Source: Octopus vulgaris
Taxonomy: Eukaryota
Assembly (NCBI GenBank): GCA_951406725.2
Contig: OX597833.1
Coordinates: 65,720,001 to 65,784,000 of the forward strand
Reading direction: 5' to 3'
DNA length: 64,000 nucleotides
Shown here: one piece after another, positions 28,083 to 42,464 of the stretch
How the letters are laid out: each line of letters opens with the position of its first letter
Numbering within the stretch: position 1 is the stretch's first letter
The notes under the pieces: generated by a model
The model's database searches: none
Told to the model about the DNA's origin: nothing
What the model saw: only the letters and a program-made list of their open reading frames with translations
Program-made: the position numbers and the translations under genes

Positions 28083-29052
28083 CCGTAAATCCACAAATAT
28101 AGTCCGCCCTTGAGTATAATACGCAGGGGATTTTTAGGGTGCTGTACCTCTGAAAAACCTAAACCTTTGGTTGTTTTTGTAAAATCTCAGAAAATAATTA
28201 AAAATTCACATTTTTTGTCAAATTATTTTGTCATATTTGTCTATCTATCGAACTGTTAACATTTTAAATATTTCACTAATTATTTGTTATAACTTGGTAA
28301 AAGGGTACATATTTTGCCACGCTTTCTCTAACTTGAGTCAGGGGGTAAAGACCCCCTTCGGTCATGAATGACCATGGGATTGCATCTAGAAAGTTACCCT
28401 CCTAGACACAAGTCCGGGCAAGGTTGTTTATGGAAGACCAGCAGTCGCCCATGCATACCGGCCTCCCCTCTCCACGTCACCGATGTTGTCCAAGGGAAAG
28501 GCAAAGGGGCCGATACAGCTTGACACCAGTGACGTCGCAACTCATTTCTACAGCTGAGTGAACTGGAGCAACGTGAAATAAAGTGTCTTGCTCAAGAACA
28601 CAACACGCAGCCCGGTCCGGGATTCGAGCTCACAACCTCACGATCGTAAACTCGACGCTCTAACCAGGAGGTCTATATAACGTCCTTGGTTTGTAAAACT
28701 GTAAACGTCCTTTATTATTATTGTACATATAACATAATGCAAACGTGCAGCTTTTTTGTGCATTTTGTTTGCAGAAAATAAAGAAATAACAGTAATAACG
28801 TTTAATAAATGTTGCTTATTGCAAGTTGTAGATGATTCTTTTATGACTTCATTGCTTTCAGGCTTAGCTTAAGGTATTTTCACGCCAGACATCACAAAAT
28901 GCGTCTGAATAAACATTGATGGACAGCAAATAGAGACTCGGACATTGCTTAGAAAATAATTTTCATTTTTAACCTCGTATATAGTACGCACTAAGGATTT
29001 TGACCTTTAAATTTGGGGGGAAAAAATGCGGATTATACTCGAGGATTTACGA
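28083..29052. mobile_element. Non-autonomous TIR element (pogo/Tc2-like ends, TA flanks) containing a nested SINE
   Basis: Left end TA-CCGTAAATCCACAAATATAGTCCGC; right end reverse complement TA-TCGTAAATCCTCGAGTATAATCCGC. Confidence 0.7.
28341..28666 (-). mobile_element. SINE family D (head shared with family C, different body)
   Basis: Minus strand TGGTTAGAGCG...GTTCTTGAGCAAGACACTTTATTTCACGTTGCTCCAG; other copies at 32505-32827 and ~39600-39936. Confidence 0.88.
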
Positions 29053-29601
29053 TATGCATAGCGAAATCTGAACTCAAAACCATATACAGGTGAAGGTAAA
29101 GAAAAAACAAGCTAAATTTTGAAAACTTTTAATACAAGCCACATTACGGTTTGAGACGGACATACCGCCATAATATATTGGCTTAAATAGAAGCAGTTAG
29201 ATTTATATATAGGTTATTTCATACACCAATACCATTATGTATGACTTATATTATGATATATTATATTGGAAAGACGGAAACTACTTTACAGATGAATATA
29301 TTTCCAGCATTTTGCTATTAACTACACAAGTTATGTACTTCAGAAACATGGTTATGGCATAGATACAAGAAGAACTGGCGGTTGTTTGACTGAATTTTTA
29401 TATTTTTTTGATTTATCAGTTTGTTTGTCCTTTTCTTTTTATATTAGTTTACAAAATATTTTGAGACATAAGCGTACTACAAGTAATATCTCGTAATTTA
29501 AATGAGCGTTTTTTTTTTTATCGATTTCACGTTTCGAGTATACATCACAGTCGTAAAAAGCAGACACACGGACACACACGTGTGCAAGGATACGGTTAAA
29601 T

Positions 29602-29645
<44 letters not shown>

Positions 29646-29704
29646 ATGTACTGATATACACGGAGATGGGTATCCAGATATATATGTGTGTGTGCATGTG
29701 CGTG

Positions 29705-29741
<37 letters not shown>

Positions 29742-29882
29742 TTATGCATATGTATGTATGTATGTATGTAGGTATACTATAATCTATAATATGAAAGAAT
29801 CGTTTGATACGGAACAAAGATACATGGTGTTTATTGCCTTATTGCAACATGGGCAGATGTTACGTCTCTCCTCTCTTCAAGC

Positions 29883-29948
<66 letters not shown>

Positions 29949-29994
29949 ATGCATACATAAAACTTACTTGGAAGAGGGTGCGTAACGTTCAATC

Positions 29995-30033
<39 letters not shown>

Positions 30034-30036
30034 CAT

Positions 30037-30067
<31 letters not shown>

Positions 30068-30107
30068 CATACGTATATGTACATACATGTACACATATGT
30101 ATATATA

Positions 30108-30138
<31 letters not shown>

Positions 30139-30177
30139 AGATATAGATATCATTATTATTATTATTATATATACATA

Positions 30178-30242
30178 ACTTTGATAGGTTTCGGCCAGTA
30201 TATTAGGTCCAGGCCATGTCTAACTCAATAGCACCACCTGGT
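30178..30242 (-). mobile_element. LINE-type 3' terminus related to the element at 61600-62218
   Basis: GGTCCAGGCCATGTCTAACTCAATAGCACCACCTG vs GGTCCAGGCCATGTCTAACTTAATAGCACCACCTG at ~61642-61677. Confidence 0.7.
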
Positions 30243-30937
30243 GAAATCTTGTAGTCATATGTAGGGCACCATAACCCACTTTACCAAAGAGTTATTGCTG
30301 TTGCAGATGGTGGAGGGAGCAGGAGGCAATAATAACGAAGTGAGGGATATGTGTTCGTGTGTCTGTGTGTCTGTGTGTACCTGTTCCTTATTTCCCTGTG
30401 CCTTGTCGACTTGCGGAGATAAAGATTGTGTATTGGTTCCATCGCAAACGACCTCGATAATTTCGTAGGTTGACCTGACCACAAATCATTCTCTTACCAC
30501 TGGCCAGTAGACATTACACAATTCCTTAATAGATAAACCAAAGACTAATGGAGATGCGCCCTCCTCTCTGGTTTGAAGTAGAGATAATTGGGTCACTGGA
30601 GTTTCTCCTAGCCTCTAAATTTCTGTTTTGATCAAATATACACGATTCTGGAAAATCCATTCGGTCAACTGAAATAGTAGCAGAATCAATGTAAATGTTT
30701 TTGCTCCGTGGATTTGAAACTATGTTCAATCATTCTGTATGTCCTTTAGTTTTGAAATTCATCAATTCATCTGACGAAAACGGTTTATTTATAATGATGT
30801 AATGTTTTCGTCGAACAATTCAAAGGAGTCGTTAGAAACGGCTGTAATGGACTGACACCTGTACAACTTTGTTACTCATTTATATCAATGGCCAGCATAT
30901 TAAAAAATACCTTTAAAGGTTAAATTATAAACAACTT

Positions 30938-31638
30938 ACGCATGCCCTTGTGTTCGTGTGTGTGTTTGTGATTTTATTTTGAGTCTTAAGAATATGCAGG
31001 TATTGTGTTTATGTCATGTAAAATGAATATTTGATTTATGATTTATCTATAAATTTTTTTTGTGTGTGCATATGTTTCTTTAGACGTGCCTGTATGTGTT
31101 TGTGTATATGAGCGTCTGGAGTATGTGTGCTTAGTTTGAGAAGAAAAAATATTAATCTTTATATCATTTGTGTTCGACTTTCTTTTGCTCGGCATATGTC
31201 TGTGTGTGTGTACATATGTATATGCGTGTGTATGTATGTATGTATATAACTGCTTTTAATTTTTAAACCTAAAATATAACTTATGAGCAACAATACAAGT
31301 CTACGCTGTCTACTTTTAGTTTTTATTTCAACAGTGGAGTTAGAACCCTTCAGGAAATCTTCGGAGAAATGTTGAAAGCACACATTTTTGCTCAGTTCTG
31401 TGTGAATGAAAGGTTAGTGTATGAAAGTAGCGTATTATTTGCGTCCTGCTTCTTTGTGTTGCTAATCTGTGGGATAATTTTGTGATTTATGATGGTTTCT
31501 TTTATTCTCTGGTTACCAATGTTCTTTCTCTGCCTCCAGTGGAACCTAATATGTGACCATTCCGCAGTTGCTTTTTCTTTTGAGTGGTGCATGTTCATCA
31601 TCATCATCATCATCATTATTACTATTATTGTTATCATC

Positions 31639-31697
<59 letters not shown>

Positions 31698-32915
31698 AGT
31701 TGACGAGTTGTCAAAATGATCGATGGCATTTTGTCCGTCTTCGCCTTCTAAGTTCAAATTCCGCCGAGATCGAGAAAGTAAGAACTAGGCAAACACTGTT
31801 ATCGATGTAACCGACTTAACCCCACCCCCGAAATTGCTAGCCTCGTGCCAAAATTTGAAGCCAATTAAACGTTTGTTTAATCCGAGTAGTGATGGACACT
31901 TATCTAGATTCTTTGATCACCCAGAGGACATCGAACAAATAGGGATCATTGCCTTTTAGGCGTTAAACAACAACAATAACAACAACAACTTCTGAAGAAG
32001 GAAAGAGTAAAGAATGTGAATCGACATGAACTTCTTGTATAAAGGAATTACAATAGCATTACTTATCATCACAACCGGGTGGACAGACATAACACTTGGA
32101 TGGATGCCTGCAAAACAGCGATTGATATAGACACACACACAAACACAGACAAGTACACACAAATACAATCTCACAAACACATACACACACTCAAAAACAT
32201 ATATGTTTATGTCCAGGCATACTATTGTGCAGATACACAAATTAAATGCACAGTTACAACTAACAGATGCCAGCGCATACAGATTAACGTACAACGTACA
32301 TTAACACATACACACTAATTCACGTAGTCGCGAGCGAACAATCACACACACACACACCCAAACATACAAACATACATACATACATACATACATGCATACA
32401 TACATACATACATACATGCATACATACATACATACATACATACATACATACATACATACATACATACATACATACATACATACATACATACATACATACA
32501 AGTATAAAGACGCCCTTTGGTCGCGAATGACCATGGGATTGCATCTAGAAAGTTCCCTTCCGATGCACAAGTCCAGGCAAGACCAACAGTCACCCATGCA
32601 TACCAGGCTTCCCTATCCATACCACCGATGTTATCCAAAGGAAAGGCAAAGGGGCCGATACAGCTTGGCACCAGTGACGCCGCAACTCATTTCTGCAGCT
32701 GAGTGAACTGGAGCAACGTGAAATAAAGTGTCTTGCTCAAGAACGCAACACACAGCCCGGACTTGGAATCGAACTTCCAGTCTCACGATTTTAAGCCCGA
32801 CACTGTAACTACTGAGCCATGAGCCTTCATACACATACATACACCATAACATAACATAACATAACGGTACGTACGTACGCAGGCGCGTACATAATTTGTA
32901 TCACCCGTTCTCACT
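30938..32915 (+). repeat. Copy 1 of a ~2 kb direct duplication
   Basis: Near-identical to 37996-40016, from ACGCATGCCCTTGTG to TCACCCGTTCTCACT. Confidence 0.95.
32505..32827 (-). mobile_element. SINE family D
   Basis: Homologous to 28341-28666; lies within duplication copy 1. Confidence 0.85.
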
Positions 32916-33106
32916 TACAAATAAGAGCAAACGAAAAAATTTCTAATGCCAAATATGCCAAATATTGTACATATTGTCCATTTACCATATAATTTTTTTC
33001 TCAGTACGCACGCTACTCGAAAAAAGGTCGACGGAAATCTCTAAAAAAAATTCCATTATTACCATATCGGACCGATTTCAGGGTTAGTTCAAAAAAAGAA
33101 ACCCCT

Positions 33107-33150
<44 letters not shown>

Positions 33151-34725
33151 CATTACACACGTACACACACACCTACATACACATGCATACACACACACAC
33201 ACAAACATGCACGGACACACCCAGACATACATACATACACCTATATACACACGCCCACACACATACACACGCCCACACAGCTACATACACACACATACAT
33301 ACACACATACACGGACACACCCATACATACTTACATACATACACCTATACACACACGCCTACACACCTACACACACATGCATACACACACACATGTACGC
33401 ACATACACACACATATACGCACACACATATATACCCACACACATGCACACACACACACATACGCACATACATGCACGCATGCACACGCGCACACCTACAC
33501 GCATACACACACACACACGCACGTACACATACATACATACACACACGCATACATACACCCATACACATACATGCATCCTACACACACATACATACACACT
33601 CACACATACACACACACGCACTCACTCACACACCTGTATGTTCGCGCACACACATGCACATACACACACTTCCCCACACCCACACGTACATACATACACA
33701 CTCATACACATACACACACACACACACACACGGACATACATCTATGCACACACATATATACACACATACTCACATACATTCATCGGACACACTGCCACCC
33801 AGACATACACACAGACACACTCACACATCCACACGCACACATACGTACGCGCACACTCGCAGGCGCACGCACACACGCGCTTGCACCGGTTCGCGCACGC
33901 ATGCGTGCCGCATGCACCTCGCCCTTGGACCCGACGAGACCTCCCGCCCGTTCCTGGGATGTCGCTTGTCGTTGGGTTTTCCCACGCCCGTCTCCGCGGG
34001 ACCACTCTTCCATCTTCCCCTCCGCTGGAGTCCTTTTCCTAAACCCCCCCCTTTTTTTTTTTTTTTCGTTACACACACGCGCACACATATACACACATTG
34101 CTTAAACATATACATTACTCTTACACACATTCAATCTACTCGCCACTAATACTACCACGACACTGGACACACACACACACTACTACTCAACACACGCTGG
34201 CACGCTACATACGCCCCCACCCCTTCCCCTCCCTCCCTTCCTCCTTCCTCCCTTTTCTTACTACTGACCTTTGTCTGCTATGCTGCTGCTATGCTGACCA
34301 CCGTCTCGCCCTACCTCACACGCCTACACACAGACGCACACACTAACACATACATATATTTTTTGTTTTTTTACCTCGCCTCACACACACACATACACAC
34401 ACGCACACGCACACACTCACACATACACACACATCTTTTGCGTTACCAACCTTGTCTCCACTCTTTTGCCTTTAAAAACCCACTTTGCTCTTGTTATCGT
34501 AAACATCCGCCTTTCACCATGTGCTACTCCTAACACCAGTCGTTTTTTTCTCTATCTCCGTTGCCCGCTCCGGGATCTTTCTTTCCTCTCGCTTCCTTCT
34601 TTATGTTTCCGACGAAGAGCTCCGCTCGAAACGTCATACCTCCCTGCTTCCATTTCCTGAGCGCCTATTAATAATAATACTGTAATTGTTCCATTGTTGT
34701 TGTTTTTTTGTTTCCCGTTTGGATT

Positions 34726-34774
<49 letters not shown>

Positions 34775-35050
34775 TAGATATATATGTATATATATATATA
34801 TACATGTATGTATATTCTTCTTCTCTAGCTTCAGCTCAGAGCTGCGGCCATACTGATTCACCGCCGTTTAATATACGTACATATCTCTTAGATACCCTAA
34901 ATTATAATTTTATATATATATATAACATGAATATTTATTGTTAAATATTCATCGTCTGGAAATCTTCAGTCTTTACTTTCTTTTTGTTGAAATACACACG
35001 CAAACACACACACACACACAGATACACACACACACACACATATGTATGTA

Positions 35051-35109
<59 letters not shown>

Positions 35110-36066
35110 GAGCATCGCGAAAGACCTTGTTTGAGGCCCAAAATTCTGAATTCTTTAACAGGGCTTAGAAAAACTGAAAGACTGCTGAAATAAATGTTTG
35201 AATCTGAGAGGAGATTATGTTAAATAAAATCATAATTAACTGATCCATCTGTATTTTTCATTTTACCCACAGCCAGGAACTTTTCAGTATGCCATCGCCC
35301 GTGTGTGTGTGAGTGTGTGTTTGTGTGCGTATGTGTGTATATGTGTGTATTTCTGCGTGTGTGTATGTGCATGCGTTCATGCGTGTATAGCTATGTGGTT
35401 GTCTTCTCCAATTATGCGATCTGACATTCATTAAACGTAATCGCAATCTTATAAAAAAAGGATTGTCCGTAAATCGAGAAATTACGAGCAAAGGAATAAG
35501 TCCGCCATATTTTTTCCAGCTATTTGCATTAAAATTCAATGATACATAAAACAGGACTTCAATATATCACCTGAGAATTCTTAAGGGGATTTCGTGAGTA
35601 AATATGGTTTCTTTGATTTATGGTAATTCCAGAATCTTCCTATTTTTAACCATCTTTCCATAAGTTAGCTCGACATATGTGTGCGCTTGCGTGTGTGTGT
35701 GTATTAATATTTGAATACGTAAAGTAGCCTCTTATTTTGGAGCGTCTAAATTTACATAGGCCTATATCTCATCGTATGGTATTTAATGTTATATAATACT
35801 GTGTATAAAGCCGTATGTAAATACATATTTATGCAAATATCTATATATATATATATATTTATAATATATGTATATAAATATAAATACATATAAACATGTA
35901 TGTATATACATATACGTATATACACATATGTATGCATATATTCATATACACATATATACATATATATATGCATACATACATATAAGTAATTATATACACA
36001 TATACAGATATACATTTGCATATATATATGCTTGTATATATATATATGTGTATATATATATACATA

Positions 36067-36135
<69 letters not shown>

Positions 36136-36272
36136 GTGTATATATATATACAAATATGTATATATATAAATCTGTATATAGGTATATATCTGTATGTATA
36201 TGTGTGTGTGTGTGTATATACATAGATATATACATATAAATAAACGTATATCTGTTCCGATATATAGAGTCA

Positions 36273-36303
<31 letters not shown>

Positions 36304-36460
36304 TCTCTCTATCTCACTATATATATATCTATATGCATATATATCTATGTCTCTGTGTGTGTAAGTATACTTGCATATATCTGTGTCTATACGCGTAAAC
36401 ACACATTCACATTCATAAACACACATATGTGTGTGTATATATAGATAGATAGATAGATAT

Positions 36461-36536
<76 letters not shown>

Positions 36537-36864
36537 ACAACTATGCAAAAAATATACCTTACTTTTGGGTGTATTCGTATATCTACATAGATATCAATTT
36601 ACCTGTAATATAGGACAATGTAGAGTTACATTTTTTGTGTATAGTTATGTCCCGATATCTATCCATTCATATTATTATCGCATGTTTTTGTTGCGTGCTT
36701 ATGCGTGTGTACATATATGTGTGCGTAAGTATTTGTGTATGTGCATATATGTGTGTCTGTGTGTGTGCGTGTGTGGTTATATATTTGTACATGTATATGA
36801 ACGCATCTCTGTATGTTTGCACGCATATTTGTGCATATCTATATTTATATCGTATTTATGTATC

Positions 36865-36904
<40 letters not shown>

Positions 36905-36916
36905 CATATATATATA

Positions 36917-36971
<55 letters not shown>

Positions 36972-37127
36972 CGCATGCACATATACGCACAAACATGCAT
37001 ACACACACAGACACATACACGCACGCACACACACGCACACATATATTATATATATATATATTATATATATATATATATATACATACATATATTATGTATA
37101 TATACTTATATATATATGCATATACAT

Positions 37128-37197
<70 letters not shown>

Positions 37198-37260
37198 TGA
37201 CAGATGAATAAACTGATAGGCAGAAATACCATTGTATAGATAAACAAACAGACAGGTAGG

Positions 37261-37363
<103 letters not shown>

Positions 37364-37613
37364 GTTGTAGTGGAGGGTAGCGGGTGCTCAAGGCGGGTAT
37401 AAGAAAACGACAAAACTAGTTTCGTTGTTGTGATGAGATTTGGCAGGTGGAGCGTGACATCTCCATCACTCTGGAAAAATAGAATAAAATTTATTAATAT
37501 GCATCTGCCGAGACATATATGGCTATATGTGGACGGACGTGTACACATGCATGATGCGTACGTACACTTACGAATATATACATATATATGTATATATATA
37601 ATAAATATGAATG

Positions 37614-37645
<32 letters not shown>

Positions 37646-37827
37646 TATATATATATGTGTGTGTGTGTATACATATATGTATATATATATATGTATATGT
37701 ATATATAAATGTATATGTATGTATATGTATATATATAATGTTGCGGAGTTAGTCGCACAGGCACAATTTTGACTCAAACAAGTGAACGATGATATACTAT
37801 ACGTATATGCATAAGGATATATATTAA

Positions 37828-37885
<58 letters not shown>

Positions 37886-37995
37886 TGTGTGTGAGTGTGT
37901 GTGTGTATGTTTCTGTGTGTGTATGCATCTATTCATAATGTGAATGTATGTTATATTTTATATTTACACATAGACACATACACACTGGATGATAA

Positions 37996-40016
37996 ACGCA
38001 TGCCCTTGTGTTCGTGTGTGTGTTTGTGTTTTATTTTGAGTCTTAAGAATATGCAGGTATTGTGTTTATGTCATGTAAAATGAATATTTGATTTATGATT
38101 TATCTATAAATTTTTTTTTGTGTGTGCATATGTTTCTTTAGACGTGCCTGTATGTGTTTGTGTATATGAGCGTCTGGAGTATGTGTGTTTAGTTTGAGAA
38201 GAAAAAATATTAATCTTTATATCATTTGTGTTCGACTTTCTTTTACTCGGCATATGTCTGTGTGTGTGTACGTATGTATATGCGTGTGTATGTATGTATG
38301 TATGTATATAACTGCTTTTAATTTTTAAACCTAAAATATAACTTATGAGCAACAATACAAGTCTACGCTGTCTACTTTTAGTTTTTATTTCAACAGTGGA
38401 GTTAGAACCCTTCAGGAAATCTTCGGAGAAATGTTGAAAGCACACATTTTTGCTCAGTTCTGTGTGAATGAAAGGTTAGTGTATGAAAGTAGCGTATTAT
38501 TTGCGTCCTGCTTCTTTGTGTTGCTAATCTGTGGGATAATTTTGTGATTTATGATGGTTTCTTTTATTCTCTGGTTACCAATGTTTCTTTCTCTGCCTCC
38601 AGTGGAACCTAATATGTGACCATTCCGCAGTTGCTTTTTCTTTTGAGTGGTGCATGTTCATCATCATCATCATCATTATTACTATTATTGTTATCATCTA
38701 TTATTATTATTATTATTATTATTACCAAGTTGACGAGTTGTCAAAATGATCAATGGCATTTTGTCCGTCTTCGCCTTCTAAGTTCAAATTCCGCCGAGAT
38801 CGAGAAAGTAAGATCTAGGCAAACACTGTTATCGATGTAACCGACTTAACCTCACCCCCGAAATTGCTAGCCTCGTGCCAAAATTTGAAGCCAATTAAAC
38901 GTTTGTTTAATCCGAGTAGTGATGGACACTTATCTAGATTCTTTGGTCACCCAGAGGACATCGAACAAATAGGGATCATTGCCTTTTGGGCGTTAAACAA
39001 CAACAATAACAACAACAACTTCTGAAGAAGGAAAGAGTAAAGAATGTGAATCGACATGAACTTCTTGTATAAAGGAATTACAATAGCATTACTTATCATC
39101 ACAACCGGGTGGACAGACATAACACTTGGATGGATGCCTGCAAAACAGCGATTGATATAGACACACACACAAACACAGACAAGTACACACAAATACAATC
39201 TCACATACACACACTCAAAAACATATATGTGTATGTCCAGGCATACTATTGTGCAGATACACAAATTAAATGCACAGTTACAACTAACAGGTGCCCGCGT
39301 ACACGGATTAACGTAAACGTACATTAACATATACACACTAATTCAAGCAGTCGCAAGCGAACAATCACACACACACCCAAACATACATACATACATACAT
39401 GCATATGTACATACATACATACAAACATACATACATACATTCATACATACATGCAAACAAACATACATACATACATGCATACATTCATTCATACATACAT
39501 ACATACATACATACATACATACATACATACATACATACATACATACATACATACAAACATATATACGAACATATAATGTACGTACATACAATTAAAGTAT
39601 AAAGACGCCCTTTAGTTGCGAATGACCATGGGATTGCATCTAGAAAGTTCCCCTCCGATGCACAAGTCCATGCAAGGTACTTTGTGGAAAACCAACAGTC
39701 ACCGATCCATACCAGCTTCTCCTATCCATACCACCGATGTTATCCAAGGGAAAGGCAAAGGGGCTGATACAGCTTGGCACCTGTGACGCCGCAACTCATT
39801 TCTGCAGCTGAGTGAACTGGAGCAACGTGAAATAAAGTGTCTTGCTCAAGAACACAACACACAGCCCGGACTTGGAATCGAACTTCCAGTCTCACTATTT
39901 TAAGCCCGACACTGTAACTACTGAGCCATGAGCCTTCACATACATACACACCATAACATAACATAACGTACGTACGTACGCAGGCGCGTACATAATTTGT
40001 ATCACCCGTTCTCACT
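37996..40016 (+). repeat. Copy 2 of the ~2 kb direct duplication (includes SINE D at ~39600-39936)
   Basis: Near-identical to 30938-32915; differs by scattered substitutions, microsatellite lengths and a short indel in the SINE. Confidence 0.95.
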
Positions 40017-41156
40017 AGCATGGTAATATATAAATCCTGAAATTTACACTTTCTTCGTTTAATTCCAAGCTTTAACCTGTGAAATGACCCCCAACTGTCG
40101 GCGATTGATGAGACTGGAAGCAATAGGCTAACGTTTTCATTAACACGAAACTGGTTTGCAAAAGGAAAAAAAAAAGCCGTGGCGGGGTAGATGGAGAAAA
40201 ATCGATAACGTATTTCCTGTTTAATTCGTCGATAGGTAAACTTTTGAACAGCTGTTCATTAATCTAAACAGAAGGAAGGAAGATCTCCCTGCCTTGTCTT
40301 CTTGTCTTGTCCTGCCATTCACTTGGTCTTGTCTTGTCTTTTAAGTAATATCCATTCGTGCGTCTATCAGTTATTGCATTCACAGCGTTCGAGTGTGAAA
40401 CACAGGCGCCATTTTGCAATGGATTATTGTGCTGAAGCTTAAATAGTAATATTCGTTGTCACCATCGATGTTTCCTTTCAACAGATAACCGTGTTTGCTA
40501 TTTTATTTTCCTTGTCTTCTACCTTTTCTCCGTTTTCCTCTCTTTTTCTTTCTTCTTCTTTTGTCTTCTTCCGTTGCTGCATTTATAACAAATTCGCGTT
40601 AGTTTAAAACGGAGAGGAACCGGAAGTTTAAATCAGAGAGGCAGAAATCAGTGAAGCGCCGGAGAGAATTCTTGTGGTGTTGAGTTACGTTCTTTAGTAC
40701 TAACAATAGTGGATCGACATAATCGGCAGAGCGTCGGAGAGAAAGCGCACACTATGTATTAACATATGTTTACATCCGTCCGGGTGAAATCTGAATTTCA
40801 TCTTCTCTGCAATTTATATTCCTCTCTTTGTTGCTATTATTTAGCCCTAGGTCAACCTATACTTCTTTCTACCATAGGAACAAGGCCTGAATTTTTTTGT
40901 GAGGAGGGGACTACTTGATCCCTCTCTGTTTCCTTTCTCACTACGTGCATGCATGCATGTATGTATGTATGTATGTATGTATGTATGTATGTATGTATGT
41001 ATGTATGTATGTATGTATGTATGTATGTATGCATGCATGTATGTATGTATGTATGTACGTATGTATGTATGTATGTATGTATGTATGTATGTATGTATGT
41101 ATGTATGTATATATGTATGTATTTATGTATGTATGTATGTACGTATGTATGAATAA

Positions 41157-41593
41157 GTAAGGAAGGATGTCAGGAAGGGCATCGCTGTTACACTTCCAGA
41201 AGGGAAGGGTCTTCCTTTGATTTTGACATGCAATGTCTGTGCAAGACCCTGCCTCAGTAAAGCTGGACTCATGAGTCATCTTCGTAGTCATAAAACGAGA
41301 CAGATGAGTGACAACCTGGCCACTGGTGGTGGTGTAACACACCATATTAATCATATCTGTCGGGCATGTGGAAGAGAGTGTAATTCGGCAGGAGGACTTA
41401 AACGACATGCAAAGGTACATGAAGCCCAGTTACAACTACAGCCGGCTATTACCAGTAAAGGTTTTAGTTGCCAATTCTGTACAAGACATTGTTGATCTTT
41501 GGCTGGGCTAAAAAGTTACATTCGATCACAGCACCAGTAGCAGTTAAGCTTCGTGCAATGGCCATACTCGATAACGAGGGGGCAGCCATAATG
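41157..41593 (+). mobile_element. RTE-like LINE 3' fragment with three C2H2 zinc fingers (third broken by a stop)
   Basis: LTCNVCARPCLSKAGLMSHLRSH, HICRACGRECNSAGGLKRHAKVH, FSCQFCTRHC*; the codon is TGA here and AGA in the 24.9 kb copy; same 3' UTR. Confidence 0.78.
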
Positions 41594-42230
41594 AATATAT
41601 ATATATATATTTCAAGTTTACAGAAAACAATAGACGAAGACAGGTGAAGTAACAGCAAGTAGGTGCATTAATTTAACGCTGGGGGGATGGAAAAGGCTTT
41701 TGACTTTTCGAGAAAAGACTAAGAGGTAAAAAAAAAAAAAAAACGGAGAGACAAAACTTTGTAGGGGTTAATACATACACAATGTGCTCGGATTGCTAAG
41801 TAGAGATAGCTCCTGTGGTTGTAAGCTAAATCGGCAGTCTATTTGGAACGGCAACTTCAATAAACGGGGTTCATTGCACGATACTTGCTCACAAAGTCTG
41901 TTAGAGAGTCGGTTAAGCTCCTTGGTGGTAACTGTTCCGATTTTTTGGTTCCGTCCTCAACGCATGCGGCATCGCAGTTGTCATACTGTAACGGCTCAAC
42001 TTAGTGACGTTTCCTTTGGAAGAGGAACTGTGGCGGAAAGGTCTACATCATGCTTGCCTGGACAATAGCAGGTTTGCATTAAGAACCTTTTCACAGGCCT
42101 GCAAATACATATTTTGATGCATTGTCAAACTGCACCGATAAGCGCCCGTATAAATCTTTATTCCAGGAGATTCAGGTGTGTAGAAACCGCATAAAAATGT
42201 TTACCAAATAGTTTCGAATACCTATTACAT

Positions 42231-42464
42231 ACCTATTTCTTTACTACCCACAAGGAGCTAAACACGGAGAGGACAAACAAAGACAGACAAACGGATTAAG
42301 TCGATTACATCGACCCCAGTGCGTAACTGGTACTTATTTGATCGACCCCGAAAGGATGAAAGGCAAAGTCGACCTCGGCGGAATTTGAACTCAGAACGTA
42401 ACGGCAGACGAAATACGGCTATGCATTTCGCCCGGCGTGCTAACGTTTCTGCCAGCTCACCGCC
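42231..42464 (-). mobile_element. SINE family B, monomer
   Basis: Reverse complement of 26512-26735. Confidence 0.9.

Noticed and set aside
30773-30850. CTGACGA...GAAACGGCTGTA hammerhead-like spacing with a GACGAAAAC/GTTTTCGTC hairpin
   Set aside because: The hairpin sequesters the core and I could not build convincing stems I and II.
33183-34346. 387-aa ORF with a GC-rich patch
   Set aside because: Degenerate CA-repeat, probably low-accuracy sequence; no recognisable domain.
41217-41495. Host C2H2 zinc-finger gene exon
   Set aside because: Two copies with a common 3' end and different 5' truncation, non-TGEKP linkers and a premature stop fit a retroelement better.
41760-42220. Complex region possibly derived from an old PLE or LINE (similarly 14315-14600 and 18620-19020)
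   Set aside because: No motif recovered by hand translation; needs a translated search.
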